DNA of 64,000 nucleotides from a bacterium (GCA_030428205.1 JAUIBK010000021.1:2523-66522); one strand, 5' to 3'; positions 46,895 to 56,855 are shown, counted from the first letter of the stretch. Numbers and translations are program-made. The notes: generated by a model from the letters alone, not told the origin.

Positions 46895-47683
46895 ATGAAC
46901 CCCTACTTCACCACAGAACGTGGCGACGCTGTCCACGGCATTTCTCCTGATACACACGAGAAGTTGCTCTCTCAACTCGTTGAAGAGTTTCGTATACTTC
47001 CAGCACAAATTTCAGAAGCGGCCTCTTACAGCCTAGCTATGGTTGTTCGTTTTGCTCTCGGACTCTCCGCTCAAGAGGGGCAAGTCTGTGCTCTCATCAA
47101 CCAATCATTGAGTAGCGCAGTTGCACTCTCATGCCTTCGCCACCTCGTAAACGCTGGCTGTGATGGGGTGGTGCTTATCCTTGGCTCTGAGCAAGAGAAC
47201 GCTTCACACTCGAACGCCCAAGTCGCTCACGAACTACAGATCCTCGAACATATGGGAGTTGGTCACGTTTACTGGGAAAGCCCGGATCAAAACGATGGCG
47301 TTGCAGATGTGCTTCGAAACTGTCACAACGCAATTTGTGGCTGGTACACACCCGACAACTCAGAACAAAGCTCTCTCGAATCATCAGCCACGGATCTCCT
47401 CAACGAACTCAGCACACCAATACACTGCATATCAGCTCCAAGAGGCATTAATGTTGAAACCGGAAAAAGAGAAGGTAATCCTCTTTTTGCTTCATCAACC
47501 CTCGCGCTCGGTGTGCCATTTAAAGGATTTCCTAAGGCCCTTGATTATCTCGGTCGGCTCTACGTCTGCGACGTCTCTTTTCCTCGCGCGCTCTTAGAAG
47601 CACACAAGATCAATCTTCCTACTCTTTTCTCTGAGCAACCTGTCGTACGGCTTGTGCCTCCTGCTCCGACTGAGGACGAGTAA
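46895..47683 (+). CDS. YjeF_N / NAD(P)HX epimerase-fold protein with degenerate motifs
   Basis: EAASYSLA, LRHLVNAG, APRGINVETG, TLALGVPFKG, LGRLYVCDVSFP follow NnrE; GNNGGDG is missing. Confidence 0.7.
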   Translation: MNPYFTTERGDAVHGISPDTHEKLLSQLVEEFRILPAQISEAASYSLAMVVRFALGLSAQEGQVCALINQSLSSAVALSCLRHLVNAGCDGVVLILGSEQENASHSNAQVAHELQILEHMGVGHVYWESPDQNDGVADVLRNCHNAICGWYTPDNSEQSSLESSATDLLNELSTPIHCISAPRGINVETGKREGNPLFASSTLALGVPFKGFPKALDYLGRLYVCDVSFPRALLEAHKINLPTLFSEQPVVRLVPPAPTEDE

Positions 47684-49093
47684 ATGACAAATCACCCTCT
47701 TTCGGCAAAAGAAGTACGTGAACAAATTTGGAATGGAACCCTTTCTCCTTTACAACACCTAGAGTCCCAGCTCGCTGTCATTCACAAGCTCAACCCAAAG
47801 CTCAATGCACTACGCATCGTTGCCACTACCCAAGCCAAAGACAGAGCAAATGAACTCTCTCAAAACCGATCTCCTAAGGCACTCCACGGACTAACCTTCT
47901 CAGCCAAAGACCATATCGACATTAAAGGTCTTGGTCGTAGCAATGGCTGTAAATACGGAGCAAATGACAACGTTGCTCAAAGCTGCGCTGCCGCCTCTCT
48001 CTTAGAGGAGGCTGGAGCAATTTGCATTGGAAAAGGGAATCAGGCACATCACGGACGCTCTTATTTTACTTCCAATCGAGACTTTGGCACGACAGAAAAC
48101 CCCTACCGCATCGGCTACTCTCCTGGAGGATCAGGAGGAGGAGACGCTGCAGCACTCGCGAGCGGAATGTGTGATTTCGCTCTCGGTGCTGACTCCGGTG
48201 GTTCTATCCGTGTACCAGCAAATTTTTGTGGACTCTTTGGACTGCTTCCTACCCAAGGCCTCATCTCGGACTCCGGGTTAAGCGCACATTCTCACACCTT
48301 TCGACGGCTTACTCGAAGCCTCGGCCCACTTACTCGCTCCCTTGATGACCTAGAGCTTCTCTTTCGTATACTCGCTCGATTTGATCGCACAGATGCAGCC
48401 TCCTATTCTTCGCCCTTTCGCTCCCAGACTCCTGAAGAACCAAAGAAAAAGTTCATCTACTTTACAGAGATGAATGGAACTTCGTGTGCAAAGGAAATCG
48501 AATCGAGCCTTATGAGCGCGGTTTCCCGCTTCGAGCAAGCAGGCTACACAGGCACAGCACTCACCCCGAAAATTTTTGAACAGTGCTTTGAAGTCTTTAT
48601 CATTCTCTTTGGGCAAGCTGGGCTTATCTCTGAAGATCTCGTCCACTCCCTACAAGGTCTTCCCCCAGATCTCGCCAATGAAAGCGACGATCTAAAAACT
48701 CTCCGCTCACGCATCGCCTCCGAACTACCAGCACTCACCGTCGAAAGTCTTTTTCACTTCTGGCACATGCTTGACTCACTCCGTGACCAAAGCGCCTCAC
48801 TTTTTAACGAGATTGATTTTGTACTCGCTCCAGTCTGCGCCATTTTGCCGCCACCACAAGCTCCCCGAAAACTCGCTATTGATGGCGTTGAAGAAAAATC
48901 TGAAAATATCTTTCAGTTTGCAGCCGTGCCAAACACACTCAACCTCCCAGCGCTCGCTTTTCCAACTGAGATATCAAGCACCGGTCTTCCTCTTGGACTT
49001 CAGCTGATTGGCGAGCGATACCATGAGCACAAACTCTTTCGTGCTCTCCGAGATGCGGGGTATACCTCATGCCTCTCTCCACGTAAGGCTTAA
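47684..49093 (+). CDS. Amidase signature family protein
   Basis: LHGLTFSAKD, SPGGSGGGDAAA, GADSGGSIRVPANFCG, GLPLGLQL. Confidence 0.9.
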   Translation: MTNHPLSAKEVREQIWNGTLSPLQHLESQLAVIHKLNPKLNALRIVATTQAKDRANELSQNRSPKALHGLTFSAKDHIDIKGLGRSNGCKYGANDNVAQSCAAASLLEEAGAICIGKGNQAHHGRSYFTSNRDFGTTENPYRIGYSPGGSGGGDAAALASGMCDFALGADSGGSIRVPANFCGLFGLLPTQGLISDSGLSAHSHTFRRLTRSLGPLTRSLDDLELLFRILARFDRTDAASYSSPFRSQTPEEPKKKFIYFTEMNGTSCAKEIESSLMSAVSRFEQAGYTGTALTPKIFEQCFEVFIILFGQAGLISEDLVHSLQGLPPDLANESDDLKTLRSRIASELPALTVESLFHFWHMLDSLRDQSASLFNEIDFVLAPVCAILPPPQAPRKLAIDGVEEKSENIFQFAAVPNTLNLPALAFPTEISSTGLPLGLQLIGERYHEHKLFRALRDAGYTSCLSPRKA

Positions 49094-49096
49094 GGC

Positions 49097-50200
49097 ATGT
49101 TGAGACGTCACATCTTTACAATCCTGCTCGTTCTCACCTGCTTAAGTCTACCGCTACGCGCTCTGAGCGATACAAAAGAGACTCTCACGATTGGTGCTTT
49201 ACTCTCCCTCTCTGGTGGCCTCGAGCAGTGGTGTAGCTACATGAAAAAAGGTATGCAGCTAGCGCTTCTCGAACACCCAGACAGTGGCATCAAGGTGATC
49301 TATGAAGACGATCACTCACTTGATAGAAAGGCATCCCTCGCCGCGGCACAAAAGCTCGTCAATTTCGACAAAGTCGATCTCCTGACAACATGGACGGCCT
49401 CTTCTATTCCACTTCTTGCGCCCGTGGCAACACGGAGCAAAACTCCTTTTGTGGCTGGTGCCTACGATCGAAACGTCAAAAACGGGGGGCCTTATGTCTT
49501 TGGGACGCTCGTCAATTACGAACTCCTCCCCCGCCAGATTGCGCAATTTCTATTTCAGACCCACCAAGCAAAGCGCTATGCACTCATACTGGCCGCCGAT
49601 GATTGGTCCCAGTCGTACGTCGCGCCGTTTCAAGAAGAGCTCTCATCTCTTGGCGGAGAAGTCGTTATGAGCGAAACGCTCTCCCCCCAAGAGACAGACA
49701 TGCGCTCCATTGTGATTAAGCTTCGCGAACGTAAAGTTGACGCTGTACTCGCCCCTCTCTACGGTAGCTCTCTCTACTCATTTCTCAAACAAGCTTCACA
49801 GCTCCACTTTGAGGGCCTGATTCACGTTGGAGATGGGATGTTCGAAGAAGATCTTAAGATTGCAGGCAACACCGCTGAGGGCGTGTACGCTACTCAGATC
49901 TGGCTCCGCTCTGAAGAACTTGCCTCACTACTTGCAGAGCATTTTCCAGGAACACTCAATCCTCTCCAGCTTGGGCTTGTGGCAAGTGGGTATGACTGGA
50001 TTATGCATCTCAATCATGTGAAGCAAGTTCTCTTAAAAGAGAATAAAGAACTCTCGAGAGAAAATCTGAGAGAGGCGCTTATGACCGTGCGAACGAAAGG
50101 ATTTCTTGGGGAACAAATCTACGGGGCACCACCAGCAACGAGTGGAGAAATTAATGTCGTGGTTCAAAATGGCACGTATGTGAAGGCTGCTGAGAACTGA
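49097..50200 (+). CDS. Periplasmic binding protein, LivK/branched-chain amino acid type
   Basis: Signal peptide, TIGALLSLSG, VIYEDD, AAQKLV, TDMRSIVIKL; no permease adjacent. Confidence 0.8.
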   Translation: MLRRHIFTILLVLTCLSLPLRALSDTKETLTIGALLSLSGGLEQWCSYMKKGMQLALLEHPDSGIKVIYEDDHSLDRKASLAAAQKLVNFDKVDLLTTWTASSIPLLAPVATRSKTPFVAGAYDRNVKNGGPYVFGTLVNYELLPRQIAQFLFQTHQAKRYALILAADDWSQSYVAPFQEELSSLGGEVVMSETLSPQETDMRSIVIKLRERKVDAVLAPLYGSSLYSFLKQASQLHFEGLIHVGDGMFEEDLKIAGNTAEGVYATQIWLRSEELASLLAEHFPGTLNPLQLGLVASGYDWIMHLNHVKQVLLKENKELSRENLREALMTVRTKGFLGEQIYGAPPATSGEINVVVQNGTYVKAAEN

Positions 50201-50227
50201 ATTCTTAGCCCAGAGAGCTTCCCTCTA

Positions 50228-50272
50228 CTCTTACTCTTGCTCTTGCTCTTGCTCTTGCTCTTGCTCTTGCTC
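50228..50272. repeat. (CTCTTG)n hexamer tandem repeat
   Basis: Six perfect units at 50234-50269 plus partial units. Confidence 0.9.
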
Positions 50273-50374
50273 ACCGTTGGATCAAGATGAGGAGAAGGTG
50301 CAAGAGGATGATAGAATAGCTACACTATGCCTCTCTCAAGGCTCGACTTTTAAGATTTTTTATCTGTTGTCATT

Positions 50375-51625
50375 CTAAGAATTTTTAGAATCTTCTGATA
50401 ATAGCTCACGGACTCGCTTGAGATCGTCTTGACTCCAGCGTGAGCCCATCTCACTTTCTAACATGTCGTCGAGCGTCTCAAGTTTATCGTTTTCTCGCGT
50501 ATCAGGTGCCAAATAGATCATTTCATAAGCAATAGCAGCAAGCCTTCGCTCCGTTGGGGCTATCGATTCAAGCGAACGAATAATTGCTTCCTCATCAGTA
50601 CCTAATCCTCGCATCGCTTTATCAAGTATGTTCGCGGTATCGAGGGCAGTCTCTCCGACAAGCGCTCGCGCTACTTCAACGCGGTTCTCCCGAGGAACCG
50701 CCCTTCCAAGCGCGGAACCGAGACCCAGATTGCCCCGGTGGTGAGTTTCTGCCTGAGCAGGCAAGAAATTTCCAACCCCACTCTCTTTAAAATACGTGGC
50801 AGCTTCTAGAAGTGCTTCAGGAGTAACAGATTTTGAGAGGTCCTGGAGCCTTTGAACGATTTCTATAGTCGACTCTTGGTAGATCGCTTCAGCGAGTTTT
50901 GCGGTGTCTAGAGTAGGACTTGATCGCAAATCATCAGGCGAACGCCCCTCCTCCTTGGGTTGAATGCCATCCACCCCTTCAACCGAGAGTAGTTCGCCAT
51001 TCTTAGAATAATGAATGTGAAAAGCGGTTACCGCCATCAACTTACTATCCGGAAGTGTCGGCGCAAGCGGGGTATTGGGGACGCCGTGTTCTTGAACATG
51101 CTTTGCAAAAGCATCAATCTCAAAGGAACAGTTGAATGTACCACCTGGTGTGTCTGACGTTAGCCCGTAAACCACCAAATCCACACTTATTGATTCATCA
51201 GGATGGACCTGCGGCTCAGACATAGAAAGACTAACGGCTGGTCCATACCCACGGCCATTGAGCACAGGTATTGAGAGGACCTCGCCCGTCTCTGGATGAC
51301 TCAACTCGAAACTTAGCCGACCCGGAAGTCCTGCATACTCATTAACTTTTAGATGAGAATCTGGGAAACGGACTGAAGAGGGACTTGTATCCACTGATAC
51401 TCGAGGGAGCACGTCATCGAGACTGACAGAACGTGATACCAGGTCATCAAAAAGATCGGATTGGTTCGCCGAATCACGCTGAGCTTCATCACGAAGATCG
51501 GCAGTATCGGTAGGAACGGTCAACGTATCGATTTGAGATTCTACTTCTGACGAAGGCTCGCTTTGAACACGAGCTGCGGCGCTTTGGCTTAGATGAGTCA
51601 CACTCAGTAATCTCCAAAAGCCCAA
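50375..51625 (-). CDS. Protein with a C-terminal annexin repeat (start possibly GTG near 51601)
   Basis: ANILDKAMRGLGTDEEAIIRSL...RRLAAIAYEMIY...LDDMLESEMGS matches the annexin consensus. Confidence 0.75.
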   Translation of the reverse strand: MGFWRLLSVTHLSQSAAARVQSEPSSEVESQIDTLTVPTDTADLRDEAQRDSANQSDLFDDLVSRSVSLDDVLPRVSVDTSPSSVRFPDSHLKVNEYAGLPGRLSFELSHPETGEVLSIPVLNGRGYGPAVSLSMSEPQVHPDESISVDLVVYGLTSDTPGGTFNCSFEIDAFAKHVQEHGVPNTPLAPTLPDSKLMAVTAFHIHYSKNGELLSVEGVDGIQPKEEGRSPDDLRSSPTLDTAKLAEAIYQESTIEIVQRLQDLSKSVTPEALLEAATYFKESGVGNFLPAQAETHHRGNLGLGSALGRAVPRENRVEVARALVGETALDTANILDKAMRGLGTDEEAIIRSLESIAPTERRLAAIAYEMIYLAPDTRENDKLETLDDMLESEMGSRWSQDDLKRVRELLSEDSKNS

Positions 51626-51853
51626 GAAAAACGCAGTCCATCTATACCCTGTAGGAGGTTATGGGTGATCTTTCCTCAGATGTCTCATTAATGCCATCAA
51701 TCCGATATGCCTCCGATATGCTTCATATTAAAGGTATTGAACGAGATGTAGTCTGAAATGAGCTGCAGCTCCAGATTGAGTCGTTGGCTCATATTGAAGG
51801 TAAGTATGCATGGAGCACCTTGGAGGAACAAAGAGAGATGGAATACCAAGCTG

Positions 51854-52537
51854 TCAAAACGACGCGTCCACTCCTTCAGAAACCTCCCGCAACCTCTCCT
51901 CGAGCAAAACGCGATACTCTTCAACCTGTTCATCAGAAAGCTTTTGCTGAGGGACTCTCACAGGCGGAGCAAGTCCAAAGCGAACCTGAGAAAAAGGCTT
52001 AGGAAGAAACATCTTATCCCAGCTAGAAAAAACCCATGAAGCACTCGCACCAAAGGCAACCGGGTAAATCGGCGCACCAGTCATCTGGGCAATCTTAATA
52101 ACCCCCACTTTGCATTCATAGATTGGGCCTCTTGGACCATCTGGAGTAATCGCAATATGCGATCCAGCACGGAGTCGCTTTACAAGCTTACGAGACGCCG
52201 AACGACTCTGGGCAGACGATGAGCCTGGGATATTATCAATACCAAGCCACCGAACGCACTCAGCTATTAATCTGCCATCTTTATGAGCTGAGATGAGAGT
52301 GTAGATCCCGTTTGACGCATCCCAACCGTTCTTCGGACACACCCATGACATATAGAGCTGACGGTTATGCCAGAAGCAGATAATGATAGGCACAGAGCCC
52401 ACGTCATTAGGCAAAGGGCCATCTACAACAAGAGCAGGCTTCCAGCGAAATGTATATGAAAGAAGTCGTAAAAGAAGTGCTCCTACAAACCCCACAAGGA
52501 GCACGAAGTAATCTCTCTTGGGTGTTGAGGAATCCAC
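51854..52537 (-). CDS. DUF374 / lysophospholipid acyltransferase family protein
   Basis: CFWHNR, ISAHKDG, AITPDGPRGP, SSWDKMFLPKPFS. Confidence 0.85.
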   Translation of the reverse strand: MDSSTPKRDYFVLLVGFVGALLLRLLSYTFRWKPALVVDGPLPNDVGSVPIIICFWHNRQLYMSWVCPKNGWDASNGIYTLISAHKDGRLIAECVRWLGIDNIPGSSSAQSRSASRKLVKRLRAGSHIAITPDGPRGPIYECKVGVIKIAQMTGAPIYPVAFGASASWVFSSWDKMFLPKPFSQVRFGLAPPVRVPQQKLSDEQVEEYRVLLEERLREVSEGVDASF

Positions 52538-52589
52538 ATGACCGACCGTTGAAGCTTAAGACAGAAAAACAGAAGAAAAAACGCTTCTC

Positions 52590-52973
52590 CTACTCAGCGT
52601 TGGCTGGCTCCACGGTCTCCTCGACTTGCATGCCAAAGAAGGGAGAAGGTCCATGTCGAACATCACGCATCATCTCGGATGCTTCTTTCGTTTCAACAGT
52701 AGACCACTCAATCTGAGATTCACCACGTGGGCCAGGATCACCAATTTTTGTTGGAACGAGAAAAAGGTCTCCACTGATAGCGTCATGCTTTGAGATGAGC
52801 CGAACGATATTGACCGGCATTTTCTTATGATTCGCTGTACGATGAGCAATACGCTGTAAGTCCTCTACTTCTTCACCGATAGACCATTGGTTTCTTCCAA
52901 CACCTGGGCAAGCAAAGTACTCTTTTCCGTTATCAATATCTCGCTCTAGATCATTTAACCAATCAATCGACAT
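52590..52973 (-). CDS. Hypothetical protein
   Basis: 127-aa ORF co-directional with ihfB-like and DUF374 genes; globular composition. Confidence 0.7.
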   Translation of the reverse strand: MSIDWLNDLERDIDNGKEYFACPGVGRNQWSIGEEVEDLQRIAHRTANHKKMPVNIVRLISKHDAISGDLFLVPTKIGDPGPRGESQIEWSTVETKEASEMMRDVRHGPSPFFGMQVEETVEPANAE

Positions 52974-53089
52974 ACCAATTCAGAGTCCTAATAAAAATTT
53001 CAGAATAAAAAAACTTAAGTACATTCCCATCCTATGCCTAGCTTAACAAGAGACACAAGGAAGGAAAATGTGTGCATCACGAAGGATGG

Positions 53090-53404
53090 CTACGCACCAG
53101 AGGCCGCACCGTCTCCAGCACCATCCTCGACACTGTCGATACGCTCCTTGAGCTCTTTTCCAACCTTGAAGAAAGGGAGCTTTTTAGGAGGAACACTGAT
53201 CTTCTGGCCAGTCTTAGGATTTCGGCCTTGATAAGAACCATACTCCTTAACAACGAAGCTTCCAAAACCTCGGATTTCGATTCGGCCGCCATTTACCATT
53301 GTGTCTCTCATCTTTCTGTAGATAAGGTTCACAACTTCCTCAGACTGCATAACATTTATGCCTGAGCGCTCAGCCAGTTTTTCGATGAGTTCTGACTTAT
53401 TCAC
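53090..53404 (-). CDS. ihfB: Integration host factor beta / HU-family DNA-binding protein
   Basis: MNKSELIE, RIEIRGFGSF, GRNPKTG, PFFKVGKELKERI. Confidence 0.85.
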   Translation of the reverse strand: MNKSELIEKLAERSGINVMQSEEVVNLIYRKMRDTMVNGGRIEIRGFGSFVVKEYGSYQGRNPKTGQKISVPPKKLPFFKVGKELKERIDSVEDGAGDGAASGA

Positions 53405-53645
53405 TTGATCTCACATCCTTTGAAAAATACGCATTCATGGGGAGAATCTTGATAAAGACACAACCCACACTACGATTGTGCCAAACTCCTAACCTTCTAA
53501 CTACCTAAAAAAAGGCCCTAAAGAGCCTCATTTATATCCGGCTCTTATTCTGATGTCAAAGCAGAAGAGAAAGATATCAATAATTTTCAGAAACTTGGCT
53601 CACCTCCCTCTAGAGAAACGCAGTTCTACCCCTCCTGAGAGGCCT

Positions 53646-53672
53646 TTAGCCCACCTCTCAGTTAGCCGATAT
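53646..53672 (+). promoter_or_regulatory. Candidate sigma28 promoter
   Basis: TTAG-N15-GCCGATAT, about 35 bp before ATG 53706. Confidence 0.5.
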
Positions 53673-53705
53673 AAGCAAAAGAGCTGTATTCCTCGAGCTG
53701 GAAGC

Positions 53706-54503
53706 ATGAAAAACGAAGAGAAAAAGCATAAAAAGCCCCAAAGGCCGGAGTCTTCCGACTTCCATTCGCAGCTGTCTCACCTCGCCTCAATGATGGAACA
53801 AACCATTGTGGACGACGAGAAGAAGAAGGAAGACCAAGAGCTCGAGGACGAAAAAGCAAGAAAGCTCGCAATGCAGAAGATGCTCGCTACCGGCGGTAAA
53901 CTTGCCCCAACCAAGAAATCAACGTTCAACTTCTCTCTCACCTCTCCACTGCCCATTATAGCTGTGGGTCTTCTCTTGAGCATGGTGGGCTTTGCCTTTC
54001 TTCCAACATTCTTCAAGCAAAAAGAAGCCGCCACCTCTCGCCTCGAACAGCTTATCGCCCAACAAGAAGAGTTAGCGCAAAAGGCTGAAACGATGAGCGA
54101 TGATGAGAAACGAGAACGAACCTACTCTGTGCTAGAGGCCGCTCAAGATATCTCAGGCGGAAAAAAACTAGCAGAGAAGTCTCTTGAACAGCTCGCCAAA
54201 GAAAACTCCCCCACCGTCAAGCAGGTCATAGCAGCGGTGACACAAAAGCCAGATCAGACACATGAGATCTCATGGAAACCAGATCAACCACTCCTTCTCG
54301 AAGATCATCAAGAAGAAAAAGTTGAGGCGGTGATTCCTCACGAAGAGATCCTTCCTCTTGTGCCTGAAAGCGACAACCACAAGCAGAGAGAAGTTCAAGG
54401 TGAGGTGGAAGTAAAAGAACCTCTTCCAGCACCACGTGAGATCTATACCTTCGCTTTTCTTCACAAGCTTCGAGAAGAGAGCACTCAGATGTGTCTCCCA
54501 TAG
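53706..54503 (+). CDS. Hypothetical single-pass membrane protein with coiled-coil segments
   Basis: One TM (PIIAVGLLLSMVGFAFL); start placed at ATG 53706. Confidence 0.65.
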   Translation: MKNEEKKHKKPQRPESSDFHSQLSHLASMMEQTIVDDEKKKEDQELEDEKARKLAMQKMLATGGKLAPTKKSTFNFSLTSPLPIIAVGLLLSMVGFAFLPTFFKQKEAATSRLEQLIAQQEELAQKAETMSDDEKRERTYSVLEAAQDISGGKKLAEKSLEQLAKENSPTVKQVIAAVTQKPDQTHEISWKPDQPLLLEDHQEEKVEAVIPHEEILPLVPESDNHKQREVQGEVEVKEPLPAPREIYTFAFLHKLREESTQMCLP

Positions 54504-54600
54504 GAAAAACTCTTAGGGGTTCCCCCTTATTTCCGAATACAGAATGAGAAAAGTGCTCCCAACTATACAATTTTATGCCCAAACTACCGATCTATCTCCT

Positions 54601-54779
54601 TAGCCCGCATTATTCATGAGTAATCTGCTGCGGAACTATATCTTGCGAAAATCCTTCGCGAATTTGGAAATTTCGACTTCGGTGTGTCTCGACACACTGT
54701 CAGCCGAAATTTCCAAATTCGCTCGTCTTTTCACAACCTATAGCTCCTCGCGACGAAGACTCATGAATAATGCGGGCTA
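54601..54779. mobile_element. MITE-like element with 21-bp terminal inverted repeats and nested internal hairpins
   Basis: TAGCCCGCATTATTCATGAGT (54601-54621) pairs with 54759-54779; inner 18-bp pair 54658-54675/54705-54722; apical GTGTGTC-TC-GACACAC; TA at both ends. Confidence 0.7.
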
Positions 54780-54813
54780 GCAGAATTTTCTATCACTAAA
54801 GATTGTACGAAAG

Positions 54814-56244
54814 ATGAAGAAAGCAACTGGGACAACAGGAAGTGCCCGGGGGAACCGTAAGCGTACGGGCGATCGCTCCTCTAATCCCGCACGTAAAGCA
54901 AGCAACGGCCCTCGCTCACTCGAAAACATCATTGAAGAGATTACCAAGGAAGAGCCTGCCTCTAGAGACGCACAGCCTGAAATTATTGTCGCTGTCGAAG
55001 AGGAAGAACAAGCACCCGTTGTACTCCTTGTTGAAACTATTTTACGAGAGGCGCTCAAACGTGGGGCCTCTGATATTCACATTGAACCATTTGAAGAAGC
55101 TCTCAAAATTCGATTTCGTATCGATGGAGCACTGCAAGAGATCCAATCTCTCCCCCCAAAGCTTACCCAAGCTATTGTTTCACGACTAAAGATTATGGCG
55201 GAGCTCGACATCTGTGAACGACGCATTCCGCAAGATGGTTGTATCCGCATGCGTGGCAAAGACGCCGAGGAAGCTGACTTTCGTATCAGCACGCTCCCTT
55301 CAGTACACGGCGAAAAAATTGTGATGCGTGTTCTGGGCCGCACCAATCTCAATAGAACACTTTCAGACGTTGGGATGCCCCCTAAACAACTCAAGCTACT
55401 GAGAAACGCTATTGCTCGTCCTGATGGAATTGTACTTGTCACTGGGCCAACTGGATCAGGGAAAACCACCACCCTCTACTCGTGTCTTACTGAGCTAAGC
55501 GACCCCGAAAAAAGTCTCTTTACCGCAGAAGATCCAGTGGAAGGAACACTCCCAGCGATTACACAGGTTCAGGTCAATAGTGCTGTCGGATTAACGTTCG
55601 GATCAGTCCTCCGAGCTCTTCTCCGGCAAGACCCAGATATCATTCTCGTAGGAGAAATTCGAGACAAAGAGACTATTGATATAGCCATGAAGGCAGCACT
55701 CACAGGTCACCTCGTTCTCTCAACACTTCACACTAATGATACAGCCGCAACCATTCAGCGTATTCTCAACATGGGAGTTGAGCCATACCTTATCTCATCT
55801 GCTGTGAATCTGATTGTAGCTCAACGTCTTGTTCGTAAAATCTGCGAAGACTGCAAAGAACCAGCGATGATCGATCCTCATGTACTCGAGCGGTTCGGAT
55901 TACTTGCTGAAAGTCTCAAAGATGCTTCTGTATATAAAGGAAAAGGGTGTCCAGCTTGTGGGGGCACAGGCTACTCAGGACGTATGCCACTGTATGAAGT
56001 GATGCCAATGAGCGATACTCTCAAAGACGCTGTCTTGCAGGGGGCATCTACCTCTGAGGTACGCGCCATTTCTCGCCGAGAAGGGATGACCACACTGAGA
56101 GAAGCTGGTGTTTACCTGGTCAAAAACGGGGTAACCACTCTTGAAGAAGTTCTTGCAAAAACAAATGAAGACTCAGAGATGGATGACGAGCCGGTCCTCG
56201 AAACAGGAGAAGGCGGTCACTGTAGTCTTCAAGAAGCAGGTTAA
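54814..56244 (+). CDS. GspE/PilB-family secretion ATPase lacking the usual N-terminal domain
   Basis: ASDIHIEP, RRIPQDG, GPTGSGKTTTLY, EDPVE, LRQDPDIILVGEIRD, TGHLVLSTLH, CEDC...CPAC. Confidence 0.9.
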   Translation: MKKATGTTGSARGNRKRTGDRSSNPARKASNGPRSLENIIEEITKEEPASRDAQPEIIVAVEEEEQAPVVLLVETILREALKRGASDIHIEPFEEALKIRFRIDGALQEIQSLPPKLTQAIVSRLKIMAELDICERRIPQDGCIRMRGKDAEEADFRISTLPSVHGEKIVMRVLGRTNLNRTLSDVGMPPKQLKLLRNAIARPDGIVLVTGPTGSGKTTTLYSCLTELSDPEKSLFTAEDPVEGTLPAITQVQVNSAVGLTFGSVLRALLRQDPDIILVGEIRDKETIDIAMKAALTGHLVLSTLHTNDTAATIQRILNMGVEPYLISSAVNLIVAQRLVRKICEDCKEPAMIDPHVLERFGLLAESLKDASVYKGKGCPACGGTGYSGRMPLYEVMPMSDTLKDAVLQGASTSEVRAISRREGMTTLREAGVYLVKNGVTTLEEVLAKTNEDSEMDDEPVLETGEGGHCSLQEAG

Positions 56245-56261
56245 GAGAGGGAGTCGGGAGT

Positions 56262-56699
56262 ATGAGTACAAAAGAACGAATTCTTGTCGTAGATGACAAT
56301 CCAGATATTCTTATGGTCGTAAAGACCGTACTGGAATCTAATGGTTATTTTGTTGATACTGCAAATGATGGAGATGAGGCCTTGGAGTTTCTCGATGACG
56401 CCGAGCGTGCTTCTCAGCTCACAGCAATTTTTCTTGATATCCTGATGCCACGTCTCAACGGCCTAGAGGTGCTTAAAACGCTCCGTATACAGGTACACAC
56501 ACGAAATGTTCCAGTCATCATGTTAACCACCGAGGGACTCGCTCAAGATATTATCAAAGGGTACAACGAGGGGGCACAGTACTACATCCCAAAACCGTTT
56601 ACCTCTCAGCAGCTCCTGTACGGCTTAAGTCTCATTCTTGAGGACGGCAAAGATCCTTTAGAACTTGATCTTGAAAAGAAGATTGCAGAGCTAGAGTAA
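56262..56699 (+). CDS. Single-domain response regulator
   Basis: ILVVDD, FLDILMPRLNG, IMLT, IPKPF. Confidence 0.9.
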   Translation: MSTKERILVVDDNPDILMVVKTVLESNGYFVDTANDGDEALEFLDDAERASQLTAIFLDILMPRLNGLEVLKTLRIQVHTRNVPVIMLTTEGLAQDIIKGYNEGAQYYIPKPFTSQQLLYGLSLILEDGKDPLELDLEKKIAELE

Positions 56700-56729
56700 G
56701 ATCCACCAAGAGGTACTGGTTTTCCGTTA

Positions 56730-56817
56730 CCAAATTCTTGAACTTTTTTCTCCGTGGCGAAGATCCTGGCAGAATACATTCGTTTTATGCCACGGAGAAA
56801 AAAGTTCAAGAATTTGG
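56730..56817. repeat. Palindromic element family A, copy 3 (29-bp perfect arms)
   Basis: 56730-56758 pairs with 56789-56817. Confidence 0.9.
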
Positions 56818-56855
56818 CTGTTCGACTATGCCTCTATCTTTCCTCTCTATAGGGT

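Noticed and set aside
51661..52002. Plus-strand reading frame interrupted by TGA at 51754-51756 (possible readthrough or small gene)
   Set aside because: AGGAGG is only 2 nt from the ATG, no recognisable product, and the 3' part overlaps the DUF374 gene antisense
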